Source: Nitrosomonas sp.
GTDB lineage: Bacteria > Pseudomonadota > Gammaproteobacteria > Burkholderiales > Nitrosomonadaceae
NCBI GenBank assembly: GCA_021774055.1
Contig: JAJFJL010000102.1
Coordinates: 1 to 61,462 of the forward strand
Reading direction: 5' to 3'
DNA: 61,462 bases
Part shown: positions 1-10,346 of the stretch, in pieces
Position numbering within the stretch: position 1 is the stretch's first letter
Layout of the letters: each line of letters opens with the position of its first letter
Notes under the pieces: generated by a model
The model's database searches: none
Seen by the model: the letters and a program-made list of their open reading frames with translations, nothing else
Told to the model about the DNA's origin: nothing
Program-made: the position numbers and the translations under genes

Positions 1-316
1 AAAGCTCAAGGCATTTCTGATAGCTGGCAAACAATACGCGCCAAGATGGAAAGTCAACAACGGGTTACCGTTATTCTACAACGCAAAGATGGCAAAACAA
101 TTCATTTGCGTAGTGCTACCCAGGCAGAACCTCACCAAAAAAAAATCTATACGGTATTGGGAATATCGACGAAGCCTGGATCAGCTCAAAAAACGATAGT
201 ATAGCTTTTATAATAAAACTAGAGTAAAACTGTATTTGCGGTGCCATAATACACCTTGATTAACGACCATCCTCTTGATTAATAAGAAAAAGTTTTCACT
301 CAAATCGAAAGATGGG
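1..316 (+). mobile_element. Right end of an IS1634-like insertion sequence, with transposase C-terminus at 1..204
   Basis: Frame 1 reads KAQGISDSWQTIRAKMESQQRVTVILQRKDGKTIHLRSATQAEPHQKKIYTVLGI..., stop TAG at 202-204, resembling IS1634 transposase tails. The putative terminal IR ends GAAAGATGGG at about 316. Confidence 0.7.
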
Positions 317-499
317 TTAGCTAAATCATTCAACCGTGATGTGATTGCTGAAGGTGTGGAAACGATTGAGCATGGCACTAAATTATTGCAACTGGACTGT
401 GACTTAGCACAAGGTTATGGCATTGCAAGGCCGATGCCTGCAGGTGAGGTTCCTACGTGGGTGAGTGGCTGGAAGCAAGATGATGCTTGGAAAGTATGA
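317..499 (+). pseudogene. 3' remnant of an EAL-domain gene cut by the IS
   Basis: LAKSFNRDVIAEGVET...CDLAQGYGIARPMP is an EAL C-terminus. The first 14 aa of ORF 275..499 come from the IS end. Confidence 0.8.
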
Positions 500-511
500 T
501 TAATAACTAAA

Positions 512-740
512 TTCGACACCTTTCTGGTTACACAGACCTTACGCAATGAAGTTATGCGAAGCACAGATGTGATTGCTAGATTTGGTAGCGAAGAATTTAC
601 CCTGCCACTTCCTTTTAGATATAAAACAGGCAACCGGCATCGCAGAAATGTATCGCAATGCCATTGTCCCGCATAAACGTTCGACAGTTATCCAGGTTGT
701 GGTGATTAGCTTTGGGGTCAGCTCAGTCATACATGAAACC
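512..740 (+). pseudogene. Degraded GGDEF-domain fragment
   Basis: One frame gives RSTDVIARFGSEEF (degenerate RxGGEEF). A shifted frame gives VPHKRSTVIQVVVISFGVSS, resembling a GGDEF tail. No intact ORF. Confidence 0.6.
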
Positions 741-812
741 TATTCCGACCAGAGAACGACCAGAAGTAAAAAACAGGAGAAAGGTAAATTAGGCGGAGAG
801 CCTTAAGAATAG

Positions 813-888
<76 letters not shown>

Positions 889-948
889 ATTATGAGGCAG
901 TTGCTACTAATATGATCTAGTTTAACAACAAGTTTTGTTTAATTAATT

Positions 949-1025
949 TGGTGCGCCCGGCAGGAATTGAACCCACGACCCCTTGGTTCGTAGCCAAGTA
1001 CTCTATCCAGCTGAGCTACGGGCGC
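949..1025 (-). tRNA. tRNA-Arg (ACG)
   Basis: Reverse complement GCGCCCGTAGCTCAGCTGGATAGAGTACTTGGCTACGAACC...GGGCGCACCA, 77 nt. Confidence 0.97.
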
Positions 1026-1072
1026 AAAAGCAGTCAACATAATTCTGCAGTGCTGCCAAACAACAGAGCAGG

Positions 1073-1081
1073 ATTATATCA
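1073..1081 (-). promoter_or_regulatory. Extended -10 promoter element for the tRNA-Arg/Phe pair
   Basis: TGaTATAAT on the minus strand, followed by a GC-rich discriminator (CCTGCTC). Confidence 0.45.
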
Positions 1082-1102
1082 GAATTAAAAGAATTGTATA
1101 TC

Positions 1103-2278
1103 TCAATCTTCTTCTGGCTCTGGGTCTTCTTTTAAAACAGGTTTTGTTTTACCTGTAGCGGGTATATTCTCCAAATTATTACTGACAGTAGCCAGAATTT
1201 CGGGTGTGCTGCATACAACGTCAGCATTTTGCGCTCGATGGCGTAACGCATGGTCCATTAGTACTATTGCTAGCATTGCTTCGGCAATTGGAGTGGCACG
1301 AATTCCTACACATGGGTCATGCCTGCCATGTGTTTCAACAATTACTGGCATCCCATTTTTGTCTATTGAGCGTCGTCCTAATCTGGTACTTGAGGTTGGC
1401 TTGATTGCAATATTTACTGCAATATGTTGGCCAGTAGAAATACCACCTAGTATGCCCCCAGCGTGATTACTTAAAAATCCTTCAGGGACCATTTCATCTG
1501 AATGCTCAGTTCCTTTTTGTGCAACGCTATCGAATCCAGCTCCGATCTCAACTCCTTTAACTGCATTGATGCTCATCATTGCATAGGCAATTTCAGCGTC
1601 TAAACGGTCATAAACAGGCTCACCCCAGCCGACTGGCACGCCTTCTGCGACAACATTTATTTTCGCACCAACAGAGTCACCTGATTTACGTAGTTTATCC
1701 ATAAATATTTCTAGTTCAGGAACAATATTAGCATCCGCTGCAAAAAATGGATTTTTGTCAACATCGCTCCATAGTTTAAATGGAATTTCTATGGGCCCCA
1801 GTTGTGACATATAACCACGTATTAGGATGCCAAACCTTTGCTGCAGCCATTTTTTTGCAATTGCCGCTGCTGCAACACGTACCGCAGTTTCACGTGCAGA
1901 AGAACGTCCTCCCCCACGATAATCACGACAGCCATATTTTTGCCAATAAACATAATCTGCATGTCCTGGACGAAAAACACCCATGATTTTACTGTAGTCC
2001 TTGCTGCGTTGATCTTCGTTACGAATAAGTAACGCAATCGGCGTGCCGGTTGTTTTACCTTCAAATATACCTGACAAAATCTCCACAGTATCAGATTCAC
2101 GTCGCTGCGTAACATGACGCGATGTACCAGGTTTACGTCGATCTAATTCTAATTGAATTTCTTTAACCGATATAGGCAATCCAGGTGGACAGCCATCAAC
2201 AACACAGCCGATCGCAGCGCCATGTGATTCGCCAAAAGAAGTGACACAAAAAAGTTTACCTAATGTATTTCCAGACAT
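1103..2278 (-). CDS. aroC: Chorismate synthase
   Basis: MSGNTLG start, [22 protein letters not shown] and GRHDPCV motifs. Start moved to 2278. Confidence 0.98.
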   Translation of the reverse strand: MSGNTLGKLFCVTSFGESHGAAIGCVVDGCPPGLPISVKEIQLELDRRKPGTSRHVTQRRESDTVEILSGIFEGKTTGTPIALLIRNEDQRSKDYSKIMGVFRPGHADYVYWQKYGCRDYRGGGRSSARETAVRVAAAAIAKKWLQQRFGILIRGYMSQLGPIEIPFKLWSDVDKNPFFAADANIVPELEIFMDKLRKSGDSVGAKINVVAEGVPVGWGEPVYDRLDAEIAYAMMSINAVKGVEIGAGFDSVAQKGTEHSDEMVPEGFLSNHAGGILGGISTGQHIAVNIAIKPTSSTRLGRRSIDKNGMPVIVETHGRHDPCVGIRATPIAEAMLAIVLMDHALRHRAQNADVVCSTPEILATVSNNLENIPATGKTKPVLKEDPEPEED

Positions 2279-2353
2279 TCTTTTCTCATTTAAATAGTTA
2301 CGTAACACATGTTACACGAAAAAATTTGTGGTGCCATTTATAAAAAATGATAG

Positions 2354-2386
2354 CGTAGGCTGGGTGGAGCGGGTAGCGAAACCCAA
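2354..2386 (+). repeat. GTAG-type REP element
   Basis: GTAGGCTGGGTGGAGCGGGTAGCGAAACCCA. A near-identical inverted copy lies at 14090-14122 and a related copy at 52148-52177. Confidence 0.75.
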
Positions 2387-2404
2387 TAATGTCATTCAAA
2401 TGAC

Positions 2405-2461
2405 ACCTAGATCCTGCAAGTAATTGTGCATTATATGCACGATTACTTGCAGGATCTAGGT
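2405..2461. repeat. MITE family A, short palindromic copy
   Basis: ACCTAGATCCTGCAAGTAAT...ATTACTTGCAGGATCTAGGT, with the same termini as the roughly 162-bp copies. Confidence 0.85.
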
Positions 2462-4045
2462 TCTATTACTAAGCGTAGCAATAGCCATATCTTTTAACGT
2501 TTTAATAAGCTTCATTTCATCAGACGAAATACCTTCAAGCGCTTCTGGCTGACGATCTGCGTAAATTAATCCGATTGGCTGGCCTTTAATCACCAAAGGA
2601 AGAATGATGAAACTTTTTGCGCGCGGCCTTAGTTCTAGGTGCCAATGAGGTAGCATCGCTCGCATTTTAGGGTCGCTAGAGTCCGAAATTGCAACATCTA
2701 CATTCTTTTTAATTGTCAGGCTAAACAAATCATTTGAAGAAGCACTGGTAAAAATAAACTTTTGTTGTATTGCAATATTATTTTTACCAAATGAACTACG
2801 TGCTTGATATTGATTTGTTTTTATATCTTTCAAGCAAATAGTTATAAAATTAAAACCAAGACCACTATGCAATGTTTTTAGAATTTGTAAAATTAATTCG
2901 TTAATTTTATATTTCTTAGAAGCTACCATCTTTATAAGATGTTTAATTCCTGTGGTAAGTAGACGAAGTGAAGCATATGGTTTGCCACTCGGGTGAGTGT
3001 CAGCACCCTGAGAGTCAATTGGCGAACTATCTAACAAGTTTTCTTTAATATTATTAGCTTCAATTACACTCTTATTATCTGAGTTAGCATGAACCTTTTT
3101 GTCTAATAATTGCTGTTTTAGTTGTGTATTGTTACTTAATTCGCAAACCTCTACTGTCACACTTGTCACTAATTCATCTAGTTGAGCTTGATCTAGGTTC
3201 AGTACCGTACCAAAGCGGTTTAATAATATTTCACTTGCTGAATCGTCAATATCATCCTCTTCTTGCAAAACTATTAAAGCCGCTGTTTCGCTAAATTCTA
3301 CAACTTGTCGCATCCATTCTTGACGATTCTTAGGGGCTTTCAAGGTATTCACCGACAAGAAGTCCATTGCTTCAATAATACTATCTGGAATCAACCACTC
3401 GCGCATTGCAATTTCAGTTAGCTCATCAAAACTGCAGCCCATTGTCTGCAGTGATGCCTGTGCTTTCGAATGTTTACCCTCATCAACAAGAGCCATAGTC
3501 CTTTTGTAAAGCTTATCATCGTAAATGGCAACTAATAAGCATCCCATGTTTTTAAACAGTGCAGCAATAGCAACTTCTTCTGCATTTGGAAAGGAGCTAC
3601 GCTTTGCTAATGAACGGCCAACCAGACTAGCAGACAAAGAAACTGATAGTTCGTGACGTACATTTTCCGCATCTTTTTTAGGCATGCCATCAACTAACAT
3701 CATAGCTAAGGCGCAAGACTTGACTGTATCTAGCCCAAGAATTTGAATTGCCTTAGTGATATTTGTCACAGCTTGCGCGGAAGGTGGACGGAAAGCAAGG
3801 GAATTAGATAAACTTAGAATTTTTTGGGAGAGTGAAACGTCTGAAAGTATTAAGTTTGTTAGTTGTGCCGTGGATCCATCTGCTGATGACGAAATCTGTA
3901 CGATACTTGAAATAGAGCTGCCAAACGACGGGAGGTTTGGATCGTTACGTATCATGTCTATCAACTGATCTTTGATAGAGACAGCTTTATCTTTGTCACT
4001 AGATGAATTACTAGTATCAGGTTTTTGATTAGCGTCTAATGTCAT
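2456..4045 (-). CDS. HDOD-domain signalling protein with C-terminal GAF-like domain
   Basis: LPSF...LILSDVSLSQKILSLSNS...AIQILG HDOD pattern. C-terminal SFIILPLVIKGQPIGLIYAD is GAF-like. Confidence 0.85.
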   Translation of the reverse strand: MTLDANQKPDTSNSSSDKDKAVSIKDQLIDMIRNDPNLPSFGSSISSIVQISSSADGSTAQLTNLILSDVSLSQKILSLSNSLAFRPPSAQAVTNITKAIQILGLDTVKSCALAMMLVDGMPKKDAENVRHELSVSLSASLVGRSLAKRSSFPNAEEVAIAALFKNMGCLLVAIYDDKLYKRTMALVDEGKHSKAQASLQTMGCSFDELTEIAMREWLIPDSIIEAMDFLSVNTLKAPKNRQEWMRQVVEFSETAALIVLQEEDDIDDSASEILLNRFGTVLNLDQAQLDELVTSVTVEVCELSNNTQLKQQLLDKKVHANSDNKSVIEANNIKENLLDSSPIDSQGADTHPSGKPYASLRLLTTGIKHLIKMVASKKYKINELILQILKTLHSGLGFNFITICLKDIKTNQYQARSSFGKNNIAIQQKFIFTSASSNDLFSLTIKKNVDVAISDSSDPKMRAMLPHWHLELRPRAKSFIILPLVIKGQPIGLIYADRQPEALEGISSDEMKLIKTLKDMAIATLSNRT

Positions 4046-4253
4046 TGCTTTAATTTCTATAAATACAGATAAAACATACGTTTTTCTAAGCTACCAACTA
4101 TCTATTTATAAATTCGGTACAATACTAGCTGTTAACGTTGTTTACGCGCATCTCTTAGATTGTTAATTCGTCTACCTGCTAATAGCGAAGGATAACAAAA
4201 CCACCATATGTTAATGGGTTCTAAGAAGAGGCAGGTCTTTACAGAATGTTAAG

Positions 4254-4329
4254 TGGTGGCGAATCAGGGATTTGAACCCCGGACCAACGGATTATGATTC
4301 CGCTGCTCTAACCACTGAGCTAATTCGCC
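4254..4329 (-). tRNA. tRNA with CAT anticodon (elongator Met or Ile2, not initiator)
   Basis: Reverse complement GGCGAATTAGCTCAGTGGTTAGAGCAGCGGAATCATAATCCG...TTCGCCACCA. G1-C72 is paired. Confidence 0.93.
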
Positions 4330-4353
4330 AATTACATAAAAGCAAGACCCGGC

Positions 4354-4382
4354 ATTCTGCCTTTTGATAACAAACTTGTCAA
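4354..4382 (-). promoter_or_regulatory. Sigma70 promoter of the CAT tRNA
   Basis: TTGACA-17 bp-CAGAAT followed by a GC-rich discriminator (GCCGGGTC). Confidence 0.7.
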
Positions 4383-4718
4383 GATTAATAATTGTTCATT
4401 TGTGAAGATTGTTTTCCATGAAGCACATGGGGACAATAAGTTTATTTAGTTCCTTATGACAACAAATATTACCAATGCTATACCTTTAGTTGGCGGCCTA
4501 ATTTCTAGTACATAAGTTAAAGATCAAAAGGCAGTAATTTATTTGCCAGTAAATATAACCCCTTAATTAAAATAAAAAAGCTATGAAATTTGCAACATAC
4601 TGATCTAACTGTATTAAAATCTTGTGATTTTGATAAAGGACATTAGCAAACTAAACTAGCAAAGAAATTAATCCTACGTAATTTATTTATTCTCTTGAAT
4701 AAACTGAATAGAATAAGG

Positions 4719-4880
4719 CTTAGATCCTGCAAGCAATCGCATACATACAGCACAACAGATTGTTCCATATAGCAAACCTTATTCTTTGGGAATATCAACA
4801 AGCATTCCACGCAGAATGGAATTCACTCTATGAAACAATTTGTTGCACATTATATGTGCGATTACTTGCAGGATCTAGGT
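4719..4880. mobile_element. MITE family A, full-length copy (inverted relative to the 7669 and 9609 copies)
   Basis: TIRs TAGATCCTGCAAG / CTTGCAGGATCTA and shared core ATGAAACAATTTGTTGCACATTATATG. Confidence 0.85.
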
Positions 4881-4919
4881 TAGACTTGTAAATTCACAGT
4901 TACCAATAAGACAATCAGA

Positions 4920-5942
4920 ATGTTTAATATTTTTAAATCTAAAAAGAAAACCACTGAACCAACAGTAGAGCCTTCCGCTGAATCCAATCAAGTTGAACCG
5001 GCATCAAAACCAACAAGCTTTGCTAGCAAACTTAGAAGTGGACTTTCTCGTGCCAGACAAAACTTTGGCAAACAACTTTCCGGCTTATTTGCTGGCGGAA
5101 AGATTGATGAAGAGCTCTATGAAGAATTAGAAGCCATATTGCTAACTTCTGATACCGGAGCAGATGCAACTTATTTGTTGCTGGATAATCTGCGCAAACA
5201 AGTAAAACGCGATGATTTAACCGACGCAGCGCAATTAAAAGACGCATTGCAAGAAATATTAATAGAAATGCTTGCGCCACTTGCACAACCACTAGATACA
5301 ACAACAAAAAAACCATTTGTCATAATGATTGCAGGGGTAAATGGTGTAGGCAAAACAACTTCTATCGGCAAACTAGCCGCCTATTTTAAATCCCAAGGAA
5401 AATCAGTATTACTTGCAGCAGGTGATACTTTTCGAGCGGCAGCTCGCGAACAGTTAATGGCATGGGGTGAGCGTAATGATGTCACCGTAATTGCTCCGGT
5501 TGGTGATGCTAATATCAAGAATGATCCCGCTGCGATTATTTTTGATGCTGTTAATGCCGCTAAAGCACGTGACATTGACATTGTTTTAGCAGATACAGCC
5601 GGGCGTTTAACCACACAGTTGCATTTAATGGAAGAGATCAAAAAAGTTAAGCGTGTTATTGCTAAGGCCATGCCTGACGCACCACATGAAGTATTATTAG
5701 TATTGGATGCAAATACCGGCCAAAATGCAGTGACACAAGTAAAGGCTTTTGATGAGGCTTTAGGCGTAACCGGTTTAATACTAACTAAACTTGATGGCAC
5801 TGCTAAAGGAGGTGTTATTGCCGCAATTGCTGGACAATACCCACAAAACCCACCAGGATTGAGGTTTATTGGTATCGGTGAAGGTTTGGATGATTTAAGG
5901 CCATTTAATGAAAAAGAATTTGTCGCAGCACTATTTGATTAA
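4920..5942 (+). CDS. ftsY: SRP receptor GTPase FtsY
   Basis: GVNGVGKTT, DTFRAAA, DTAGR and TKLDGTAKGG motifs. Confidence 0.98.
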   Translation: MFNIFKSKKKTTEPTVEPSAESNQVEPASKPTSFASKLRSGLSRARQNFGKQLSGLFAGGKIDEELYEELEAILLTSDTGADATYLLLDNLRKQVKRDDLTDAAQLKDALQEILIEMLAPLAQPLDTTTKKPFVIMIAGVNGVGKTTSIGKLAAYFKSQGKSVLLAAGDTFRAAAREQLMAWGERNDVTVIAPVGDANIKNDPAAIIFDAVNAAKARDIDIVLADTAGRLTTQLHLMEEIKKVKRVIAKAMPDAPHEVLLVLDANTGQNAVTQVKAFDEALGVTGLILTKLDGTAKGGVIAAIAGQYPQNPPGLRFIGIGEGLDDLRPFNEKEFVAALFD

Positions 5943-5953
5943 TACTGCACGCC

Positions 5954-6607
5954 ATGATTAAATTTAACAAGGTTTATAAATACTTCCCTGATGGATTTTG
6001 TGCACTAAACAAGATTACTTTTACTATTGATACAGGTGAAATGGTGTTTGTGACAGGACATTCAGGTGCCGGCAAGAGCACTTTATTAAAACTTATTGCT
6101 GCAATAGAGCGCCCTACGTCCGGTGAAATTGTTGTCAGTGGACAAAATATAGAACGATTAAAAAAAAATGTAATCCCTATTTTACGACGAAATATTGGCT
6201 TGGTTTTCCAGGATCATAAAATTTTATTTGACCGTAACGTCTTTGCTAATGTTTTATTACCACTGCAAATCAGCAGCTTTGATAGCAAAGCTGCTGCTGG
6301 ACGTGTGCGAGCAGCTCTCGACAAGGTTGGTTTGTTAAAAAAAGAGAAGGCGCTACCGATTACCCTCTCAGGGGGAGAAAGACAACGCCTATGTATTGCA
6401 CGTGCAGTAGTGCATCGACCTTCTATTCTAATTGCAGATGAACCAACAGGTAATCTTGATGCAGCTTATGCACAAGATATTATGCAAATGTTTAAGTCTT
6501 TTAATCAGGTTGGTGTAACAGTCCTAATGGCGACCCATGATGCCACACTGCTAAAAGATACACCGCACCGGATATTAGCACTTAACCATGGGAATCTAGC
6601 AGTATGA
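5954..6607 (+). CDS. ftsE: Cell division ATP-binding protein FtsE
   Basis: GHSGAGKS, LSGGE and ADEPTGNLD motifs; lies between ftsY and ftsX. Confidence 0.96.
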   Translation: MIKFNKVYKYFPDGFCALNKITFTIDTGEMVFVTGHSGAGKSTLLKLIAAIERPTSGEIVVSGQNIERLKKNVIPILRRNIGLVFQDHKILFDRNVFANVLLPLQISSFDSKAAAGRVRAALDKVGLLKKEKALPITLSGGERQRLCIARAVVHRPSILIADEPTGNLDAAYAQDIMQMFKSFNQVGVTVLMATHDATLLKDTPHRILALNHGNLAV

Positions 6608-7512
6608 ATACATGGTTGGCACAGCACTGGCTCGCGATTATTTTTACACTGAAACAGTTTATATTAACGCCGTTTGCTAGCATGTTCAGTATTTTTGTTA
6701 TTGGAATTGCATTCAGCTTGCCTGTTGGTACTTATATGCTATTAGATAACATACAGTCATTCTCAAAACAAACGGCAGACACCCCACAATTTAGCTTGTT
6801 TCTTGAATTAAATGCCAGCAAATCTGAAATAGAAACAATCAAACAACACTTGGAGCAACACCCACAAGTTATCAGTTTTCAATTCATTCCTAAACAGCAA
6901 GCCCTGCAGCAGCTCATGCAAGTGGGCACATCAGGTCATGCAATCAACAGCCTTACACATAATCCATTGCCAGATGCCTTCACAGTTACCACGCAACACG
7001 CTTCACCAAAAGTACTAGAACAACTTTACGAGACTATGCAGAAATGGCCAAACATTGAATATGTACAATTTGATTCTGTTTGGACTAAACGTTTAGATGC
7101 GATTCTTGAACTGGGACGATTTGTAACTATACTATTGGCTACACTACTAAGTACTGCACTGATTATGGTGATATTTAATACTATTCGTTTGCAAATCCTA
7201 ACTAAGCGTGATGAGATTGAAGTATCAAAATTAATTGGTGCAACTGATAATTTTGTTCGTCGACCATTTCTTTATTTTGGTGCGATTCAAGGGTTTCTTG
7301 GAGGCATAACTGCACTAGCAATCGTAACTTTTAGTATTTTAACAATTAATAAAGAACTAGTTTTCTTGTTTGACCTTTACTCAATCAGCTTTCAATTACA
7401 ACACCTTTCGATTGAAGACAACCTTAGCTTATTATTGTTTCCAACCTGGCTAGGGTGGCTAGGTGCACGTTTATCAGTTGCCAGCTACCTTTGGCAAATT
7501 GAACCAAAGTAA
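6604..7512 (+). CDS. ftsX: Cell division permease FtsX
   Basis: NPLP, NTIRLQI and LIGAT...RRPFLY motifs; transmembrane pattern. Confidence 0.95.
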   Translation: MNTWLAQHWLAIIFTLKQFILTPFASMFSIFVIGIAFSLPVGTYMLLDNIQSFSKQTADTPQFSLFLELNASKSEIETIKQHLEQHPQVISFQFIPKQQALQQLMQVGTSGHAINSLTHNPLPDAFTVTTQHASPKVLEQLYETMQKWPNIEYVQFDSVWTKRLDAILELGRFVTILLATLLSTALIMVIFNTIRLQILTKRDEIEVSKLIGATDNFVRRPFLYFGAIQGFLGGITALAIVTFSILTINKELVFLFDLYSISFQLQHLSIEDNLSLLLFPTWLGWLGARLSVASYLWQIEPK

Positions 7513-7620
7513 CACTTAGATCATGCACTTACTATACAATATAAGCAAACAACAACTACCATATTACTAAGGTTAAGATCAATTAAAACATGAGAGTTGT
7601 CATTACAGGCATAATTCTTC

Positions 7621-7650
7621 TTGCCAATTCCATAAATTTTGCCGTAAAAT
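7621..7650 (+). promoter_or_regulatory. Candidate sigma70 promoter of the rpsP operon
   Basis: TTGCCA-18 bp-TAAAAT, upstream of two MITEs. Confidence 0.45.
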
Positions 7651-7668
7651 CACGCACTTTCAAGTTTT

Positions 7669-7831
7669 ACCTGGATCCTGCAAGCGATCGTGCATATAAT
7701 GTGCAACAAATTGTTTCATAGAGTAAATTTTGTTCTGCGTGGAATACTTATTGATATTCCTAAAGAATAAAGTTTGCTATATGGAGCAATTTGTTGCGCA
7801 GTATCTGTACGATCGCTTGCAGGATCTAGAT
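7669..7831. mobile_element. MITE family A, full-length copy
   Basis: GATCCTGCAAGCGATCG...CGATCGCTTGCAGGATC TIRs and the family core. Confidence 0.85.
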
Positions 7832-7837
7832 TTTATT

Positions 7838-7973
7838 AGGTACCAAGAAAAGGTTAAAATGCCAAAATTGCGTAGGATATGGCTTTGTATTCAAGGCGTG
7901 TAAATGGTTACACAACGCCGAAGACGTAGACATAGACAAGCAAGGTTGGTATTTTAATCTTTTCTTGGTTCCT
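7838..7973. repeat. MITE-like palindromic element (family D)
   Basis: About 28-bp imperfect IR: AGGTACCAAGAAAAGGTTAAAATGCCAA / TTGGTATTTTAATCTTTTCTTGGTTCCT. Confidence 0.7.
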
Positions 7974-8012
7974 TATATTCCAAATTCATACACACATAAA
8001 TTAGGCAGGTAT

Positions 8013-8267
8013 ATGGTCATTATTAGACTAGCACGTGGTGGCGCTAAGAAACGTCCTTTTTTCAACATGGTAGTTGCTGATTCTCGTCATAAACGTGACG
8101 GGCGGTTTATTGAGCGTGTTGGCTTCTATAACCCAAGGGCTATCGGCGGTGAAGAATCGCTGCGCGTACAAATAGATAGAATTAACCACTGGAAATCTCA
8201 AGGAGCACAGTTATCTGGCACGGTGGCACGGTTAGTTAAGCAATTTGGCGCACAACAGGCAGTGTAA
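8013..8267 (+). CDS. rpsP: 30S ribosomal protein S16
   Basis: [17 protein letters not shown]...[14 protein letters not shown]. Start moved to ATG 8013. Confidence 0.98.
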   Translation: MVIIRLARGGAKKRPFFNMVVADSRHKRDGRFIERVGFYNPRAIGGEESLRVQIDRINHWKSQGAQLSGTVARLVKQFGAQQAV

Positions 8268-8291
8268 ATAGGTAAAAGTCGTCAATTAATT

Positions 8292-8804
8292 ATGTCAATG
8301 GTAACAATGGGACATGTTATTGGCCCGTTTGGTGTGCAAGGGTGGGTCAAAGTATTTCCTAGCACTGAGATTATAGAAGGATTACTTGATTATCCAATAT
8401 GGTGGCTAGGCAGAGGTGACAACAGCTGGCAAGAAATGGTGGTTGTTAACAGTCATATTAACGGCAATACTTTAACTGTTAAATTTAAAGAATGCTCTGA
8501 TCGTACTACAGCAGCCTTACTAAAGGGCATGCAAATTGCAATCCCGCGTGATCAACTTCCTGTCTTATCAGAAAATGGTGAAGATGGGTACTATTGGTCG
8601 GATTTAATAGGCATGGTTGTTGTTAACGTACAAGGCGATGTATTAGGAACTGTTAACGGATTATTAGAAACTGGAGCTAATGATGTATTACAAGTACAAA
8701 ATCCAGCTACAGAAGATAAGTTGATTCCTTTTATCAACCAAGTTATTGTTAAAGTTGATTTGAAGGCGCGCCAATTGACAGTAGATTGGGGGGTTGATTA
8801 TTGA
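8292..8804 (+). CDS. rimM: Ribosome maturation factor RimM
   Basis: FGVQGWVKV, YYWSDLIG and ETGANDVL motifs; operon position. Confidence 0.97.
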   Translation: MSMVTMGHVIGPFGVQGWVKVFPSTEIIEGLLDYPIWWLGRGDNSWQEMVVVNSHINGNTLTVKFKECSDRTTAALLKGMQIAIPRDQLPVLSENGEDGYYWSDLIGMVVVNVQGDVLGTVNGLLETGANDVLQVQNPATEDKLIPFINQVIVKVDLKARQLTVDWGVDY

Positions 8805-8815
8805 GGTGACAGGTA

Positions 8816-9607
8816 ATGTCTTTTGAGTTTGATGTCATTACGTTGTTTCCAGAAATGTTCCATGCGGTTACTCAACATGGCGTAACTGGAAAAGCAAATA
8901 ATCACTCTATTTTTCAATTGACCACATGGAACCCTCGCGAGTTTACTAAAAACAAACATCGTACTGTAGATGATAGTCCTTATGGTGGTGGGCCAGGCAT
9001 GGTAATGTTGGCACAGCCATTAGAAGATGCAATTGTCAGTGCAAAAAACAGACAAATAGGTGCTGGGATTAGTGCTCCACAAGTTGCTTATCTTTCTCCT
9101 CAAGGCCAACAATTAGATCATAATTTAGTCGTGCAGCTAAGCAAGCTGCCTGGATTAATACTGCTTTGTGGTCGCTATGAAGGGATAGATGAACGTCTAA
9201 TAACACGTCATGTTGATATGGAAATTTCAATCGGTGACTATGTTATTTCTGGAGGTGAGTTAGCAGCAATGGTACTAATTGATAGCATGGTCAGACAGAT
9301 GCCAGGAACATTAGGTGACCCTGATTCTGCCGACCAAGACTCGTTTGTAAGCGGCTTGCTGGACTTTCCTCACTACACGAGGCCAACCGTGTATCAAGAA
9401 TGTAAAGTGCCTGAAGTTTTATTGTCTGGTCATCATGCCAATATAAATCGCTGGCGCTTACAACAGTCGTTAGGTAGAACCTGGCAAAGACGCCCAGACC
9501 TACTAGCACTAAAAATTGCACAAGGAATAAGTAAGGAAGAAGAAAAGTTACTAGAAGAATTTAAACAATCCTGTACTGCGGGATTAAAATTAGGGACGAG
9601 AAAATAA
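8816..9607 (+). CDS. trmD: tRNA (guanine-N1)-methyltransferase TrmD
   Basis: [22 protein letters not shown] and [11 protein letters not shown] motifs. Confidence 0.98.
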   Translation: MSFEFDVITLFPEMFHAVTQHGVTGKANNHSIFQLTTWNPREFTKNKHRTVDDSPYGGGPGMVMLAQPLEDAIVSAKNRQIGAGISAPQVAYLSPQGQQLDHNLVVQLSKLPGLILLCGRYEGIDERLITRHVDMEISIGDYVISGGELAAMVLIDSMVRQMPGTLGDPDSADQDSFVSGLLDFPHYTRPTVYQECKVPEVLLSGHHANINRWRLQQSLGRTWQRRPDLLALKIAQGISKEEEKLLEEFKQSCTAGLKLGTRK

Positions 9608-9608
9608 C

Positions 9609-9771
9609 ACCTAGATCCTGTAGGTGATCATGCATATAGTGTGTAACAAATTGTTTCATAGAGTGAATTTTATTCTGCATGGAATACTTATTGATATGCC
9701 TAAAGAATGAAGTTTTCTATATGAAACAATCTGTTGTGCAAAATGCGCATGATCACTTGCAGGGCCTAGGT
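9609..9771. mobile_element. MITE family A, full-length copy
   Basis: ACCTAGATCCTGTAGGTGATCATGC...GCATGATCACTTGCAGGGCCTAGGT. Confidence 0.85.
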
Positions 9772-9904
9772 AATAGTTTATCCATTTAGACGAAGTCATT
9801 TTGCTCTGATTTGAGGCGGTTCGTAGGGCGCATAGTCATTCTATGTAACTGGAGGACCAACGAAAGATCAGAGTAAAAGGACAAGCCTAAATGGATAAAG
9901 TATT
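9772..9904. repeat. ERIC-like palindromic element (family E)
   Basis: AATAGTTTATCCATTTAG...CTAAATGGATAAAGTATT terminal IR, with inner IR TTTTGCTCTGAT / ATCAGAGTAAAA. Confidence 0.7.
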
Positions 9905-9940
9905 GTTGCCTCGTTTCTTAGGTAAAACAAGGAGTAGTAA

Positions 9941-10324
9941 ATGAATTTAATTGATCAACTAGAAAGCGAAGAGATTACTCGCTTAGGCAAAGAAATCCCT
10001 GATTTTGCACCTGGCGATACAGTTGTTGTGAGTGTTAATGTGGTTGAAGGTGAGCGTAAACGTACCCAAGCTTTTGAAGGTGTTGTTATTGCCAAGCGTA
10101 ACCGTGGTTTGAATTCAGGGTTTATTGTTCGCAAAATCTCAAATGGAGAAGGAGTTGAACGAACCTTTCAAACCTATTCTCCGATTATTGCTAATATTGA
10201 AGTAAAACGTAGAGGTGCTGTACGTCGAGCAAAGCTTTACTACCTTAGAGACCGCTCTGGCAAGTCTGCACGTATTCGTGAAAAGCTTCCTGCCTCCCGT
10301 GTAGCAAAAAGGAAAGAAGCTTAA
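9941..10324 (+). CDS. rplS: 50S ribosomal protein L19
   Basis: [17 protein letters not shown] and RRAKLYYLR motifs; AAGGAG SD upstream. Confidence 0.98.
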   Translation: MNLIDQLESEEITRLGKEIPDFAPGDTVVVSVNVVEGERKRTQAFEGVVIAKRNRGLNSGFIVRKISNGEGVERTFQTYSPIIANIEVKRRGAVRRAKLYYLRDRSGKSARIREKLPASRVAKRKEA

Positions 10325-10346
10325 TACCTTCTAACTTAGAGAAAAC

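Noticed and set aside
573-806. 77-aa ORF as an intact gene
   Set aside because: Its middle matches a frameshifted GGDEF tail, so it is treated as part of a pseudogene.
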